From NCBI GenBank assembly GCA_040219255.1, contig JAVJSW010000011.1:1-64000 (forward strand): a stretch of 64,000 bases of DNA, given 5' to 3'. The DNA is from Sumerlaeia bacterium (GTDB lineage Bacteria; Sumerlaeota; Sumerlaeia; SLMS01; JAHLLQ01). The position numbers were made by a program, and so were the translations under genes. Position 1 is the stretch's first letter, and every line of letters starts with the position of its first letter. Positions 54,785-64,000 of the stretch are shown here, in pieces. The notes under the pieces are model-generated. The model was not told the DNA's origin and made no database searches. It worked only from the letters and a program-made list of their open reading frames with translations.

Positions 54785-55196
54785 TGGGGGGGTGCCTTTC
54801 CAAAGGAAGCTTTAGATGTCTGGAGAATTCCCAAGGGCTGCGAATTCTTTCGCTGGTCCTGAAATAACCCGTCAAGCAAGGTCAAGGTCTTTTGCAAGTT
54901 GTTGCAAGCAACGTTCCGCCCCTTCGGAAAGCGTGGATTTATCGAAATGCGTTCGGCGAAATAAGGGACGAAGCCCATAAAAATCCTTGGATTTTAACCC
55001 CGCCCGCCTCAAATCCGACTCCTTCACTCCCCATTTGATGTCTCCTCTCCAATCCCGTCTATAAAACCAGGCGCCCCTTAACCGCTCTCCCCTCAGCGCC
55101 TCTCCTTGACGCCCCCGGCCGCTTTTATGGGAGGTCTTGCGCCACGGAATTCTCACCCAGACGCCCCGCCCGCCGGGGCTTGGAGCGAACCAAACG

Positions 55197-56141
55197 ATGA
55201 GCAAGAAAATCGCTTTTCTCTTTCCCGGTCAGGGCAGCCAGGCCGTCGGCATGGGCCGCGCCGCCGCCGACCGCGACCCCGCCGCCGCCGCCCTCATGAG
55301 CCGCGCCGACGAAGTCCTCGGCTTCCCTCTCTCAGCCATGTGCTTTGATGGGCCCGAGGACGACTTGAAGCAAACGCAGAACACCCAGCCCGCCCTCTTC
55401 GCCAGCAGCGCCGCCACCCTCGAAGTCCTGCGCAAAGCCGGCGTCGCCCCCTTCGCCACCGCCGGCCACAGTCTCGGCGAGTACACCGCCCTGTACGCCG
55501 CCGGCGTCTTTTCCTTCGATGTCGGCCTCCAATTGGTGCGCACCCGCGGCGAGGCCTTCGCCCGCGCCGGCGCCGCCCGCCCCGGAGCCATGGCCGCCGT
55601 GCTCGGTCTCGATGGCAGCGCCGTCGAAGCGCTTTGCCGCGATGCCTCGACTCATGGCGCCATTGCCGTGCCCGCGAACTTCAACGACCCCGCCCAGACC
55701 GTGATCAGCGGCGACCCGGCGGCGGTCGAGAAAGCCTGTGAAATCGCCAAGGAGCGAGGCGCCAAGCGCGCTCTCATGCTACCGGTGAGCGGCGCCTTCC
55801 ACTCGCCCCTGGTCGAGCCCGCCCGCGAAACCATGGCCACCGCTCTGGACCTCGCGAAGGCCGCCTTCCAGACCCCTAACTGCCACTTTGTCAACAATGT
55901 CGCCGCCGAAGCCTTGACCGAAACGGACGCCATTGTGGACTCTCTCGTGGCCCAGGTCACCAGCGCCGTGCGCTGGGTCGCCTGCGTCGAAAAGCTGCAA
56001 GCGCTCGGCGCCGAAGCCTTTATCGAGGTCGGCAGCGGAAAAGTCCTCGCCGGGCTCTGCCGCCGCATTGCCAAAGACATCCCCTGCCACACCACCGAGA
56101 GCGAAGCGAGCCTCGAGAAAACCCTGTCGGAGCTGACCTGA
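55197..56141 (+). CDS. fabD: malonyl-CoA-ACP transacylase
   Basis: FPGQGSQ, TQPA, GHSLGEY, VSGAFHS, VRW, EVG.GKVL. Confidence 0.97.
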   Translation: MSKKIAFLFPGQGSQAVGMGRAAADRDPAAAALMSRADEVLGFPLSAMCFDGPEDDLKQTQNTQPALFASSAATLEVLRKAGVAPFATAGHSLGEYTALYAAGVFSFDVGLQLVRTRGEAFARAGAARPGAMAAVLGLDGSAVEALCRDASTHGAIAVPANFNDPAQTVISGDPAAVEKACEIAKERGAKRALMLPVSGAFHSPLVEPARETMATALDLAKAAFQTPNCHFVNNVAAEALTETDAIVDSLVAQVTSAVRWVACVEKLQALGAEAFIEVGSGKVLAGLCRRIAKDIPCHTTESEASLEKTLSELT

Positions 56142-56147
56142 TCCATC

Positions 56148-56897
56148 ATGAGTGAACACACGAAAGAACTAAGCGGCAAAGTCGCCATCGTCACCGGCGC
56201 CGGTAAAGGCATCGGCGCCGCCATCTCCCTGGAGTTGGCGAACTTAGGCGCCGCCGTCGTGGTGAACAGCGCCAGTGCGTCCTGCGAGAAAATCGCCGGG
56301 CAAATCACCGCCGCGGGCGGCACCGCCAAAGCCCTCGCCGGCGACGTCGCCAGCAAAGAAACCGCCGAATCGCTGGTCGCCGCGGCCCAGGAACTGGGCG
56401 GACTGCACATCCTGGTCAACAACGCCGGAATCACCCGCGATGGGCTGCTGATGCGCGCCAAGGACGAGGACTGGGACGCCGTGCTGGACACGAACCTGAA
56501 GAGTGCGTTCATGCTGGCTCGCGCCGCCTGCCGCCCCATGATGAAGAACAAATGGGGCCGTATCGTGAACATCACGTCCATCGTCGGCCTGATTGGCAAC
56601 CCGGGCCAGGCCAGCTATTGCGCATCGAAGGCGGGCATGGTGGGCCTCACCAAGTCCCTCGCCAAAGAACTCGCCAGCCGCAACATCCTCGTCAACGCCG
56701 TCGCCCCCGGCTTCATCCAGACCGCCATGACGGACGCGCTGAACGAAGAGCAAGCCGCCGCCATCACCGGCCAGATTCCCCTGGCGCGCTATGGCCAGCC
56801 CGAAGACATCGCCAACGCCGTCGCCTTCCTCTGCACCGACCGCGCCGCCTACATCACCGGTCAGGTGATCGAAGTCACCGGCGGCCTGGGGATGTAG
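56148..56897 (+). CDS. fabG: 3-oxoacyl-ACP reductase
   Basis: TGAGKGIG, NNAGITRD, GQASYCASK, VAPGFI.T.MT. Confidence 0.96.
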   Translation: MSEHTKELSGKVAIVTGAGKGIGAAISLELANLGAAVVVNSASASCEKIAGQITAAGGTAKALAGDVASKETAESLVAAAQELGGLHILVNNAGITRDGLLMRAKDEDWDAVLDTNLKSAFMLARAACRPMMKNKWGRIVNITSIVGLIGNPGQASYCASKAGMVGLTKSLAKELASRNILVNAVAPGFIQTAMTDALNEEQAAAITGQIPLARYGQPEDIANAVAFLCTDRAAYITGQVIEVTGGLGM

Positions 56898-56918
56898 GCG
56901 CCATCACGGTGAACCCCC

Positions 56919-57302
56919 TCAAACCTCGACCCCGAAAACCACCAGGATATGCGGCAGCATCATGTTGCCGAACATCAACGCCCACACCACGAAACACATC
57001 ATCGTCTCGCGCAGGATGTAGCTGGTGAAAGTCCAGCGCGCCTCGAGTCTGTCGAGCACGCGGGGCGTCGAGACAATGAGGCTGGTCGGGATCATGGAGT
57101 TCGTAAACGCGAAGCGCTTCGTGATGCGCCCGCGCTTGAACCCCAGAATCAGCCGCGCCGCCCAGAAGACCGGAAAGACCATCAGCAGACTGAGCTGAAA
57201 CGCCAGTGCCGACGTAACGAACGGCAGCATCAGCAGGTACAGAAACAGATGGATTCCGAGGGCCACGGCGAGAAAGATCGCCAGCGAAGTGAACGTCTTC
57301 AT
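56919..57302 (-). CDS. small hypothetical membrane protein
   Basis: MKTFTSLAIF..., three hydrophobic segments, GGAGG RBS upstream. Confidence 0.65.
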   Translation of the reverse strand: MKTFTSLAIFLAVALGIHLFLYLLMLPFVTSALAFQLSLLMVFPVFWAARLILGFKRGRITKRFAFTNSMIPTSLIVSTPRVLDRLEARWTFTSYILRETMMCFVVWALMFGNMMLPHILVVFGVEV

Positions 57303-57434
57303 CGGACCTCCCGAGTCTTGCGCAGAGCCTAAGTGAGGATCGCTCGCCTGATCTATTTCAACAGCTGCCGGGATTGCAAGGAAGTTGCCCTGCTGCTCTT
57401 GCCGCAAACTCTTTTCGCCAGAGAGGTTCTCAGC

Positions 57435-58148
57435 ATGGAACGCACACAGGTCGCCGGGATGGATGGCTGCAAGGGAGGTTGGCTCGTCGTTACATGGACG
57501 TTGGCCGAAGACGAGAGCTTCGAAGCGTTCTTCGCTGCGACCTTTCGCCAAGCTCTCGAACGGCTGCGCGATGCGACAATCCTGGCGGTGGATATGCCCA
57601 TTGGTCTCCTGGACGCGCAGCAGCCTGGGGGCCGGTCTTGTGATCAGGCCGCGCGCCGCCTTCTGACAGGACAAACGTCCAGCGTCTTCTCCGCCCCCAT
57701 CCGAGGCGTGCTGTCGGCAGAAAACTACCAGGAAGCGCTCGCTTTGAGCCGCTCGAGTTCCGAGCACGAAATCGGCCTCTCTCAGCAAAGCTGGAACATC
57801 GCGCCGCGCATCCGAGAGGTGGACGACGTCATGACCCCGGAGCTCCAGCGATGCATCCGCGAGATTCATCCCGAACTCTGCTTTCGCTACCTGAACGCTG
57901 GCGTGCGATTGCCAAAGAAGAAATCGGCGGAAGGCCGCGAGGTGCGTCGAGGCTTGCTTCGCTCGGCTCGTATCACGTCTCTCGAGGAAATCCGCGCCAG
58001 TGCGCGCCAAGGCGCCACCGATGATTTCCTCGACGCCTGCGCCGCCTGCGAGTGCGCCCGGCGCATCCTCGAAGGCCGCGCCCGCCGCGTGCCCGAGGGC
58101 GAACCGCCGCGCGACAGCAAGGGGCTTCGCATGGAGATGTGGTACTAA
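57435..58148 (+). CDS. DUF429 predicted RNase H-like nuclease
   Basis: GMDGCKGGW, VDMPIGL, R.CD..AR, SSVF..P, EIHPE, DDFLDA. Confidence 0.88.
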   Translation: MERTQVAGMDGCKGGWLVVTWTLAEDESFEAFFAATFRQALERLRDATILAVDMPIGLLDAQQPGGRSCDQAARRLLTGQTSSVFSAPIRGVLSAENYQEALALSRSSSEHEIGLSQQSWNIAPRIREVDDVMTPELQRCIREIHPELCFRYLNAGVRLPKKKSAEGREVRRGLLRSARITSLEEIRASARQGATDDFLDACAACECARRILEGRARRVPEGEPPRDSKGLRMEMWY

Positions 58149-59050
58149 GGAAAACGCACCCGATCCGCCCGCACCACCCACCGCCGCCCCGGCTCGAACA
58201 GCAGCGGGATGGCGTCGCCGGTGCCGATGCGTTCGCCGTGGATATGCAGGTGGGGGCGGGTGGCGCTGCCGGTGGAGCCCACCTCGCCCAGTCGGTCGCC
58301 CGGGTCGACGTGGTCGCCGGCGGCGACGGTGACGCTGCTGGGCGCCAGGTGAGCCAGCCAGACCATGACGCCGGCCGGCGTGGAATTCACCACGTGGTTG
58401 CCTTCTGGAGGGCCCTCGCCGCCGAGCCAATGGCCTTCGGCATGGGCTACGCGGCCGAAGACAGGCGAGAACACGCGCCGGTCTCCGATTCCTACGGCTG
58501 GCTCGAAATCGACGGCGTAGTTCTGGGATGGGGGTTGTCCGTGATGGGCGTTGGTCCATCGGGTTTTTCCCGCCTGCGCCACCCGCCATTCGCCGGTCAG
58601 GGGCGCCGAGACCACGAGGGGTTGGGTCAAAAATGGCCGAGTCGTGGCATAGACGCACCACGTCACGATCAGTCCCGCCGTGACGCTTTGCAGAGCGATT
58701 CGCAGCCGCCGGGCCCTCGGCGGGGGAGGGGCGTCTCCCTGCGGAGCAAAAACCGACAGGCCCTCGAAAACCGCCCCCACGGCCCACCCCGACGCCAGCA
58801 CCCAGAACGCGGGCCGCGCGATTCCGGGCAGGAGAAGCGCGCTGAGCCAAACCATACCAGCTGCCGCCAGAAGTCCGGGCAACGCCTCCAGCGCCGCGAG
58901 GCGTTGCAGACTGACGGGCGAGTCGCCTGTGGGGCGAGGCTGACCGTCTTTCCACCAATCGGCGGCACTGAGACACGCGCGAAAAAGTCCCGCTCCAGTC
59001 AGAACGGCCCAGACGGCGGCTTGCAGGGCAGGCGGCAGATTCAAGTCCAT
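58145..59050 (-). CDS. membrane-anchored M23 family metallopeptidase
   Basis: N-terminal TMs; YAVD, GNHV, AHL, G.VGSTG.ATRPHLH. Confidence 0.8.
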   Translation of the reverse strand: MDLNLPPALQAAVWAVLTGAGLFRACLSAADWWKDGQPRPTGDSPVSLQRLAALEALPGLLAAAGMVWLSALLLPGIARPAFWVLASGWAVGAVFEGLSVFAPQGDAPPPPRARRLRIALQSVTAGLIVTWCVYATTRPFLTQPLVVSAPLTGEWRVAQAGKTRWTNAHHGQPPSQNYAVDFEPAVGIGDRRVFSPVFGRVAHAEGHWLGGEGPPEGNHVVNSTPAGVMVWLAHLAPSSVTVAAGDHVDPGDRLGEVGSTGSATRPHLHIHGERIGTGDAIPLLFEPGRRWVVRADRVRFP

Positions 59051-59135
59051 GAAAACAGAGACGCGGCGAGCCGGCCCCGGCGCGGGGCTGTCGACTCGCC
59101 GCCCGCTGAAAGGACGTGCTCGGTTGGGTCAGTCG

Positions 59136-59327
59136 CTACTCAACGCTGGATTTCTTGGCGGCGTCCTGTTTGGCCACTTTTTGCTCCGCCAAAGGGTCCT
59201 TCTTGTCCTCCCCCTCGACGTGCGGTTCTCCGGGGACGTGGACGTGGTCACCATCGGGCGTCTTGAAAACTTTTCGAAAGAGGCCGAAGAACCGTGGGGT
59301 GGTCGTTTGATTGGAATTCACAGACAT
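59136..59327 (-). CDS. small hypothetical protein (63 aa)
   Basis: AGGGAGG RBS upstream of MSVNSNQ; fills the intergenic gap. Confidence 0.55.
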   Translation of the reverse strand: MSVNSNQTTTPRFFGLFRKVFKTPDGDHVHVPGEPHVEGEDKKDPLAEQKVAKQDAAKKSSVE

Positions 59328-59403
59328 GGAATGCCTCCCTGTTGAGTTTGAACCCATTGGGAAGGAAAGCACAGCCCGGGCCAGAAGTCTAGAATAACGT
59401 CCC

Positions 59404-60879
59404 TTATTCGCCCATCGTCACTTCGGCGGCGGGCTCTTCGCCGGGAAGGACGGAGAACTTCACGCCCACGGCGCCGTCGCCCAGCACGTCGGGATCGCCG
59501 AGGACATCTTGACCTAGGAACTGGACGCCCGTCGAACGAACGCCAGTTTTCTTGGCGAACAGGAACCGCAGGTGCGTTTCCGCCGTGGGCCGGATGGGGC
59601 GGACCGCGATGCGGGCGAAGATACCTTGCGCCCCCAACAAATCCTCGGGACGGGAAGCCCCCACCCGGTATTCGATCAACCCGCGAGTCGGATACACCGC
59701 GTTGGCGATGTGGTAATCGAAGGCGAAATTGTTGCGGAAAAGACCATCCTGGATATTGTGGCCCAGAGTGACCCAATTGTCCAGGTCGTAGTCCAGGATC
59801 TCCAACACCTCCGGGTCGTACTCGAGCATCACAGAAACGCTGTCCATCATCGAATACGCGCTGTTGTCCATCACCAGATCCAGGTAGAACGGCTCGCCCA
59901 CCACGGGCGTGCCGGTGGGGGGCAAAATGCCGAGTCGGACGCCGCCCGCGTTCTGGCTGGTGCCGACATAGAGCAGCGCGTCCTCCTCGTCGATTTCCGC
60001 GTCGTCCGGATCTTCCGGGCTGATCTGCACACCGATGCTCAGGGTGCCGTCGCCCACGGCGTAGGGCTGGCCGAGCATCGGCTGATCGTTCACAAACATC
60101 TCACTGTATTGGCCTTCGGCGGTCATGCCAAAGTCGATGCGTGTGTAGCGCGTCGGCTGCTTCGGTTCCCAGCGAACCGCCAGCATGGGGCTCTTCAACT
60201 CGCGGATCGGCTCCGCCAGTTCCGCTTCGTAGATCAACCGCCCAAGCCGGCGATCCACGACCACGCGCGGCTCCGCCGCCAGAAACTCCGCCAAGGTCCG
60301 GTCGTTGACTTGCTGAGGATTGAGAAACGCCGGGTTATAGGCCAGCACGACGCGCACGCCGTCCAACTCTTCGTTGCCCGGGTTCATCAACATAATGTCG
60401 GTGAAGAAGGGCTCGCCCTCCGTCGCATCGATATCGCTGAAGCTATCGTCGCCTTCCGGCGCGAGGCGGAGCAGCACCGTATCGCCGCCGCCCGACAGGC
60501 TGAGTTGGCCCAGGGGAGCGGCGGTGCTGCCGGCGCCGGGCCGGGCGCGTTCCGGGGGGCGTTGGCTTTCGCGGTCGCGGCCCCGGCTCCGGCCCCGGCC
60601 TTCTCCGCCGCCCCGGCGGCGCTCACCGCGCTCGCGCTGGGCCTGCTCGTTTTCGCCTCCGCCGCCGGACCGTTCCGCCGGGTTCTGGCGGCGCTGATTG
60701 TCGTCCGCGCCGCCGGGGCTGCGGCGCCCCGGATTGGCCTCGCCCTGTTGGGGGAGGGGTGGCGGCGTCGGCTCCCGATTGTCCTCGCCCTGGTCTTGGG
60801 CGAGCAGGAGTCCAGGCACTACGAGCGCCATGCAGAGCATTGCGAGCGTCACCGTTCGCTTCCAGGCCAGTTTCTTCAT
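59404..60879 (-). CDS. secreted protein with disordered N-terminus and two cohesin-like domains
   Basis: Signal peptide MKKLAWKR; R/G/E/P-rich region; repeats GEPFFTDIML..VLAYNPAFL and GEPFYLDLVM..MLEYDPEVL. Confidence 0.72.
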   Translation of the reverse strand: MKKLAWKRTVTLAMLCMALVVPGLLLAQDQGEDNREPTPPPLPQQGEANPGRRSPGGADDNQRRQNPAERSGGGGENEQAQRERGERRRGGGEGRGRSRGRDRESQRPPERARPGAGSTAAPLGQLSLSGGGDTVLLRLAPEGDDSFSDIDATEGEPFFTDIMLMNPGNEELDGVRVVLAYNPAFLNPQQVNDRTLAEFLAAEPRVVVDRRLGRLIYEAELAEPIRELKSPMLAVRWEPKQPTRYTRIDFGMTAEGQYSEMFVNDQPMLGQPYAVGDGTLSIGVQISPEDPDDAEIDEEDALLYVGTSQNAGGVRLGILPPTGTPVVGEPFYLDLVMDNSAYSMMDSVSVMLEYDPEVLEILDYDLDNWVTLGHNIQDGLFRNNFAFDYHIANAVYPTRGLIEYRVGASRPEDLLGAQGIFARIAVRPIRPTAETHLRFLFAKKTGVRSTGVQFLGQDVLGDPDVLGDGAVGVKFSVLPGEEPAAEVTMGE

Positions 60880-60932
60880 CGTCCGTCTCGTCTCTCGGGT
60901 GAGGTCAATTTCTTCAATGGGGCCGCCATCGC

Positions 60933-61370
60933 TTACCAGGTGCAACCCGTCGCGGCGTCGAAGACCGCGTCGGACTGAATGTCCACGATCGCGATGCGGT
61001 CGTCTTTCGTTCGGTTCAAAAAATCCTCGAGCATCACTTCGTCCCAGCCATCGCAGACCAACTGCATCCCCTCCTCGAACTCGTACTCGAAAATGCCATC
61101 GATCAGATCGTCGTAGCTGTCCGCATTGTCCGGGTATTTTTCCAGGTAGGCTTCCCGGCTGGCGATTCCCCGTTCGGCCAGGAACCAGGGCTCGGCGATC
61201 AGCGCGTGCAGCTCGTCCCGGGAAATCGACCGGTTATAGAAACGCGGCGGAATCGGCAACGCTTCTGCCGTGCGGAAGTAAGTCTCCGCTTCCTCGCTCT
61301 CCATGAAGGCCCGGACATCGGCCGCCGTGGCGCCCTGGTTCAATTGGAGGATGTAAAGGTCTGCGCTCAC
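60933..61370 (-). CDS. acidic hypothetical protein
   Basis: ORF fills the gap and has coding-like composition; start uncertain (61370 or 61427). Confidence 0.6.
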   Translation of the reverse strand: MSADLYILQLNQGATAADVRAFMESEEAETYFRTAEALPIPPRFYNRSISRDELHALIAEPWFLAERGIASREAYLEKYPDNADSYDDLIDGIFEYEFEEGMQLVCDGWDEVMLEDFLNRTKDDRIAIVDIQSDAVFDAATGCTW

Positions 61371-61438
61371 AACACTCTCCCGGGTTCCATTTGCATTCTT
61401 TTCCCGCCGCCGGGCCTGTTGAAGCAACCCCTGATCGC

Positions 61439-62518
61439 TTACTCGGCCAACATTTCCACCAGCGCTTCATTCGCCGGGGCCAGGGCATCCGCCACCGCTT
61501 CCCAGTCGATGTCGAGGACTTGGTTGGCAGGTAGCTCTGGCAGCTCAGGCGGGCCAGGAACGCCCGCGCGCACAGGAATTTGCGCCGAGCGCGATTGCGC
61601 CAGTTTGGCTTCCACTTTCTCGGAAAGCAGATAATCGATCAGCGCCTTGCCTTCCTCGGGGTGCGGCGCTCCCGCGATCAGCGTCACCGTGTTCGGGATC
61701 AGCATCACGCCATTGCGCTCTGCTTCCGATGGCAGGGCGTCCGCGTACACAATGTCCACCGGCTTACCATCGGCGATGGCGCCAAAGGCGTCGTCCGTAT
61801 CCGTCCAGCACCAAGCCACCGCCCCATCGGCCGCGGCGTCGCGGGCCTGGGCGTTGCCCGCTTCCATCACGGCGTTTTCCAGGGCGCCGGTCCAGAACTC
61901 GCGGAAGGCTTCCTCGCCCACGATGGCCCAGATCGCAGCCGCGTGCGTGTTCGTCGTGCCGAAGAGGGGCTTGGCAAAGGCCGCGCGGCCGCGCCATTGC
62001 GGATCGGTCAGCGCCGACAACCCGGTGGGATAATCGCCATCGGGTATGAGTTCCGAATTTGCGCAGATCACCCGCGCCCGCGCCGCGAAGCCGGTCCAAT
62101 GATTGTCCGGATCGCGGAAGGTGCGCGGAATGTTCGCCGCCGCGGGCGAATCATAAGCCTGCGTGATGCCCTCGCGCTTGAGCTGGATCGAGCGCACGAT
62201 CTCATTGTTCCAGAAAACGTCCGCGTTCGGACGGTCCCGTTCCGCGAGAAGACGGTTCACCAGCCCCACGGTTTTCACCGCTTCGCTGTCGTAAACGGCC
62301 TTCACGGCGATGCCGGTTTCCCGCTCGAAGTCCTCGAAAATTGGCTCGGAGAACTGCCGGTCGAGGGCCGTGTACACCACGACTTCGCGGTCTTCATTTG
62401 CCGCAGCCGACTGATTCGGCTCGGCTTGCGTCGAATCTTCGGCGCCACCGCCGCAGCCCGCCAGCACGGCGCTCAGCAAGACGGCAAGGGAGGTGAAAAA
62501 GGCTTTGGGCAATCGCAT
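61439..62518 (-). CDS. Fe(III)-type ABC transporter substrate-binding lipoprotein
   Basis: Lipobox LAGC, VVVYT..D, FE.ETGI.V, ADVFW, GFAARARV, TDTDD, IPNTV. Confidence 0.88.
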   Translation of the reverse strand: MRLPKAFFTSLAVLLSAVLAGCGGGAEDSTQAEPNQSAAANEDREVVVYTALDRQFSEPIFEDFERETGIAVKAVYDSEAVKTVGLVNRLLAERDRPNADVFWNNEIVRSIQLKREGITQAYDSPAAANIPRTFRDPDNHWTGFAARARVICANSELIPDGDYPTGLSALTDPQWRGRAAFAKPLFGTTNTHAAAIWAIVGEEAFREFWTGALENAVMEAGNAQARDAAADGAVAWCWTDTDDAFGAIADGKPVDIVYADALPSEAERNGVMLIPNTVTLIAGAPHPEEGKALIDYLLSEKVEAKLAQSRSAQIPVRAGVPGPPELPELPANQVLDIDWEAVADALAPANEALVEMLAE

Positions 62519-62637
62519 CGGGAATTCTCCTGCGGTCAAAGTCGGAAACCGGACCAGACAACACAGCGCAAGGTTGGGACCGCAACCGGGATCGGGATTG
62601 AGGAGGCGGTGAGTCCGGAACCTATCAATGAATTTTC

Positions 62638-62740
62638 TTGGCCACAGATGGACGTGGATGGGAGCGGATGGGATGGCTGTGCCGCGAGAACGGTGGCAGT
62701 ATAACCAACCATCGGTGCCATCCGCGCGATCTGCGGCCAG
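62638..62740. repeat. imperfect inverted-repeat element with periodic GATG units, copy 2
   Basis: Left TGGCCACAGATGGACGTGGATGGGAGCGGATGG; right reverse complement TGGCCGCAGATCGCGCGGATGGCACCGATGG; same design as 48129-48310. Confidence 0.75.
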
Positions 62741-62766
62741 CAAGAGCAGGCCTCCCCGCCCAACTC

Positions 62767-63963
62767 CTAGATGCCATCGGCGAACTGGTAGGTCGTCTCC
62801 CGCGATTCCGACTTCGGCGCCACCATATAGCTGCCGGCCAGCACCCGTTCGTACAGGCGCTCATACTGGGGGATGATGATGTCTTGCAGGTAGAGGTCGT
62901 GGACTTCCTGGCGGGCGGCCTGGCCGATGCGGTGGGCGAGGGCCTCGTCCCTGAGGACACGGACGCCAAGGGCGGCCATGGCGTCCACGTCGCCAACGGG
63001 TGCCAGGAAACCGGTCTCGCCGTGTCGGATAACCTCGTTGAGGCCGCCCGACGCGCTGGCCACGACAGGAATTTCGCAGGCCATGGCTTCGAGCGCCGCC
63101 AGGCCGAAGGACTCGTACTCGCTGGGGAAGAGGAACAGGTCGGCGCAGGACATGAAGATCTCGATGGCGTCCTGTTTGCCGAGAAAATGCACGTCGTGGG
63201 AAATGCCGAGGCGGCAGGCCAGATGGGCCGCCCGGTCGCGGTCCGGCCCGTCGCCCACCATCACCAGAACGGTGGGCACTTCCTGGCGGATCCTGGCGAA
63301 AATCCGCACCACGTCCTCGATGCGCTTCACCGGGCGGAAGTTGGAAATATGGAGGGCGATTTTCTCGCCGTTGGGCGCGAAGACCGAGCGCTTGCAGGGC
63401 GTAAGGCCACGGCGGAACTTCGCCACGTCCACGAAGTTCGGGATGATTTCGATGGGGCGCTTGATGTCGAAGACCCGCACCGTTTCGTCTTTGAGCCATT
63501 GTGACACGGACGTCACGGCGTCGCTGGCGTTGATGGCATAGCGCGCCACGGGGAAAAAGGACGCCGCCTGACCGACCAGCGTGATGTCGGTCCCGTGGAG
63601 CGTGGTCACGACCTTGAGCGGCCGCGCCAGCCCGCCGTTGGCTGCCTCGCGGGCCAGAAAGGCGCTGATCGTATGTGGGATCGCGTAGTGGGCGTGAATG
63701 ATTTCCAGCCCCGTTTCCTGCGCCACCTGGATGATCTTGCTGGCCAGAGCGATCCCGTACAGATTCCCGTTCAGGACGGGGTATTCCAGGGTTTGCACCT
63801 CGTGGAATCGGACGTTCGCCTCCGGGTCGTGGAGGAGGCGGAAGGGCACCTCGGACGAGATGAAGTGGACCTCGTGGCCGCGGCGGGCCAGGAACCGTCC
63901 GACTTCCGTGGCGACGACTCCGGAACCACCATAGGTGGGGGCGCAAACGATGCCGATTTTCAT
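62767..63963 (-). CDS. bshA: N-acetyl-alpha-D-glucosaminyl L-malate synthase
   Basis: MKIGI..PTYGGSGVVATE, HAHYAIPH, TTLHGTDITLVG, HISNFRPVKR, ESFGLAALEAMAC. Confidence 0.93.
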   Translation of the reverse strand: MKIGIVCAPTYGGSGVVATEVGRFLARRGHEVHFISSEVPFRLLHDPEANVRFHEVQTLEYPVLNGNLYGIALASKIIQVAQETGLEIIHAHYAIPHTISAFLAREAANGGLARPLKVVTTLHGTDITLVGQAASFFPVARYAINASDAVTSVSQWLKDETVRVFDIKRPIEIIPNFVDVAKFRRGLTPCKRSVFAPNGEKIALHISNFRPVKRIEDVVRIFARIRQEVPTVLVMVGDGPDRDRAAHLACRLGISHDVHFLGKQDAIEIFMSCADLFLFPSEYESFGLAALEAMACEIPVVASASGGLNEVIRHGETGFLAPVGDVDAMAALGVRVLRDEALAHRIGQAARQEVHDLYLQDIIIPQYERLYERVLAGSYMVAPKSESRETTYQFADGI

Positions 63964-64000
63964 GCGAGAGGGGCTGCTTCCTTGCCGAGGCTTGTCCCGG

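Noticed and set aside
54980-54995. AAAATCC-TT-GGATTTT palindrome resembling the arms of the 53133 hairpin
   Set aside because: Short, with different spacing; cannot distinguish a shared operator from chance
56919-58976. 685-aa ORF as a single gene
   Set aside because: Only the last 127 codons (from 57302, with RBS) look real; the rest overlaps DUF429 and the M23 gene

Overview
High-GC bacterial chromosomal segment. A stand-alone 'AFTLIELLITVAIIAILAAIAVPNFLEAQTRAKVSR' prepilin hints at Candidatus Sumerlaeota/BRC1 or a relative (inference only). There are three parts. (1) 183-7621: a tightly coupled minus-strand SWIM / DUF5691 / YehL-type MoxR AAA+ / DUF5682 / vWA operon. (2) About 8.2-42.5 kb: a ~34 kb locus in which a near-complete type II secretion/pseudopilus gene set (G,H,I,J,K,L,M,C-like,D,E,F; no prepilin peptidase seen) is split up and interleaved with glycan genes. 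These are four GT4 glycosyltransferases, two FemABX-like GNATs, a MurJ-type flippase and an O-antigen-ligase-like protein fused to ~650 aa of lectin-like domains. Also present are two secreted non-catalytic carbohydrate-binding proteins, two TPR proteins, a CxxC lipoprotein and a DUF1573 protein. The locus ends at the 3' side of tRNA-Ala(CGC) and is the best candidate for an undescribed system (secretion coupled to glycosylation or surface glycan assembly). (3) 43.5-64 kb: mostly ordinary genes, namely radical SAM/SPASM, Uma2, methyltransferase, OppA, moaA, Mth938, ECF sigma/FecR, Fur with a Fur box, a degenerate alpha/beta hydrolase, FNR, prepilin, fabD-fabG, DUF429, M23 peptidase, a double-cohesin protein, an Fe-ABC binding protein and bshA, plus two copies of a small periodic inverted-repeat element. 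All calls come from reading motifs by eye; no database searches were run, and several start codons are my estimates.
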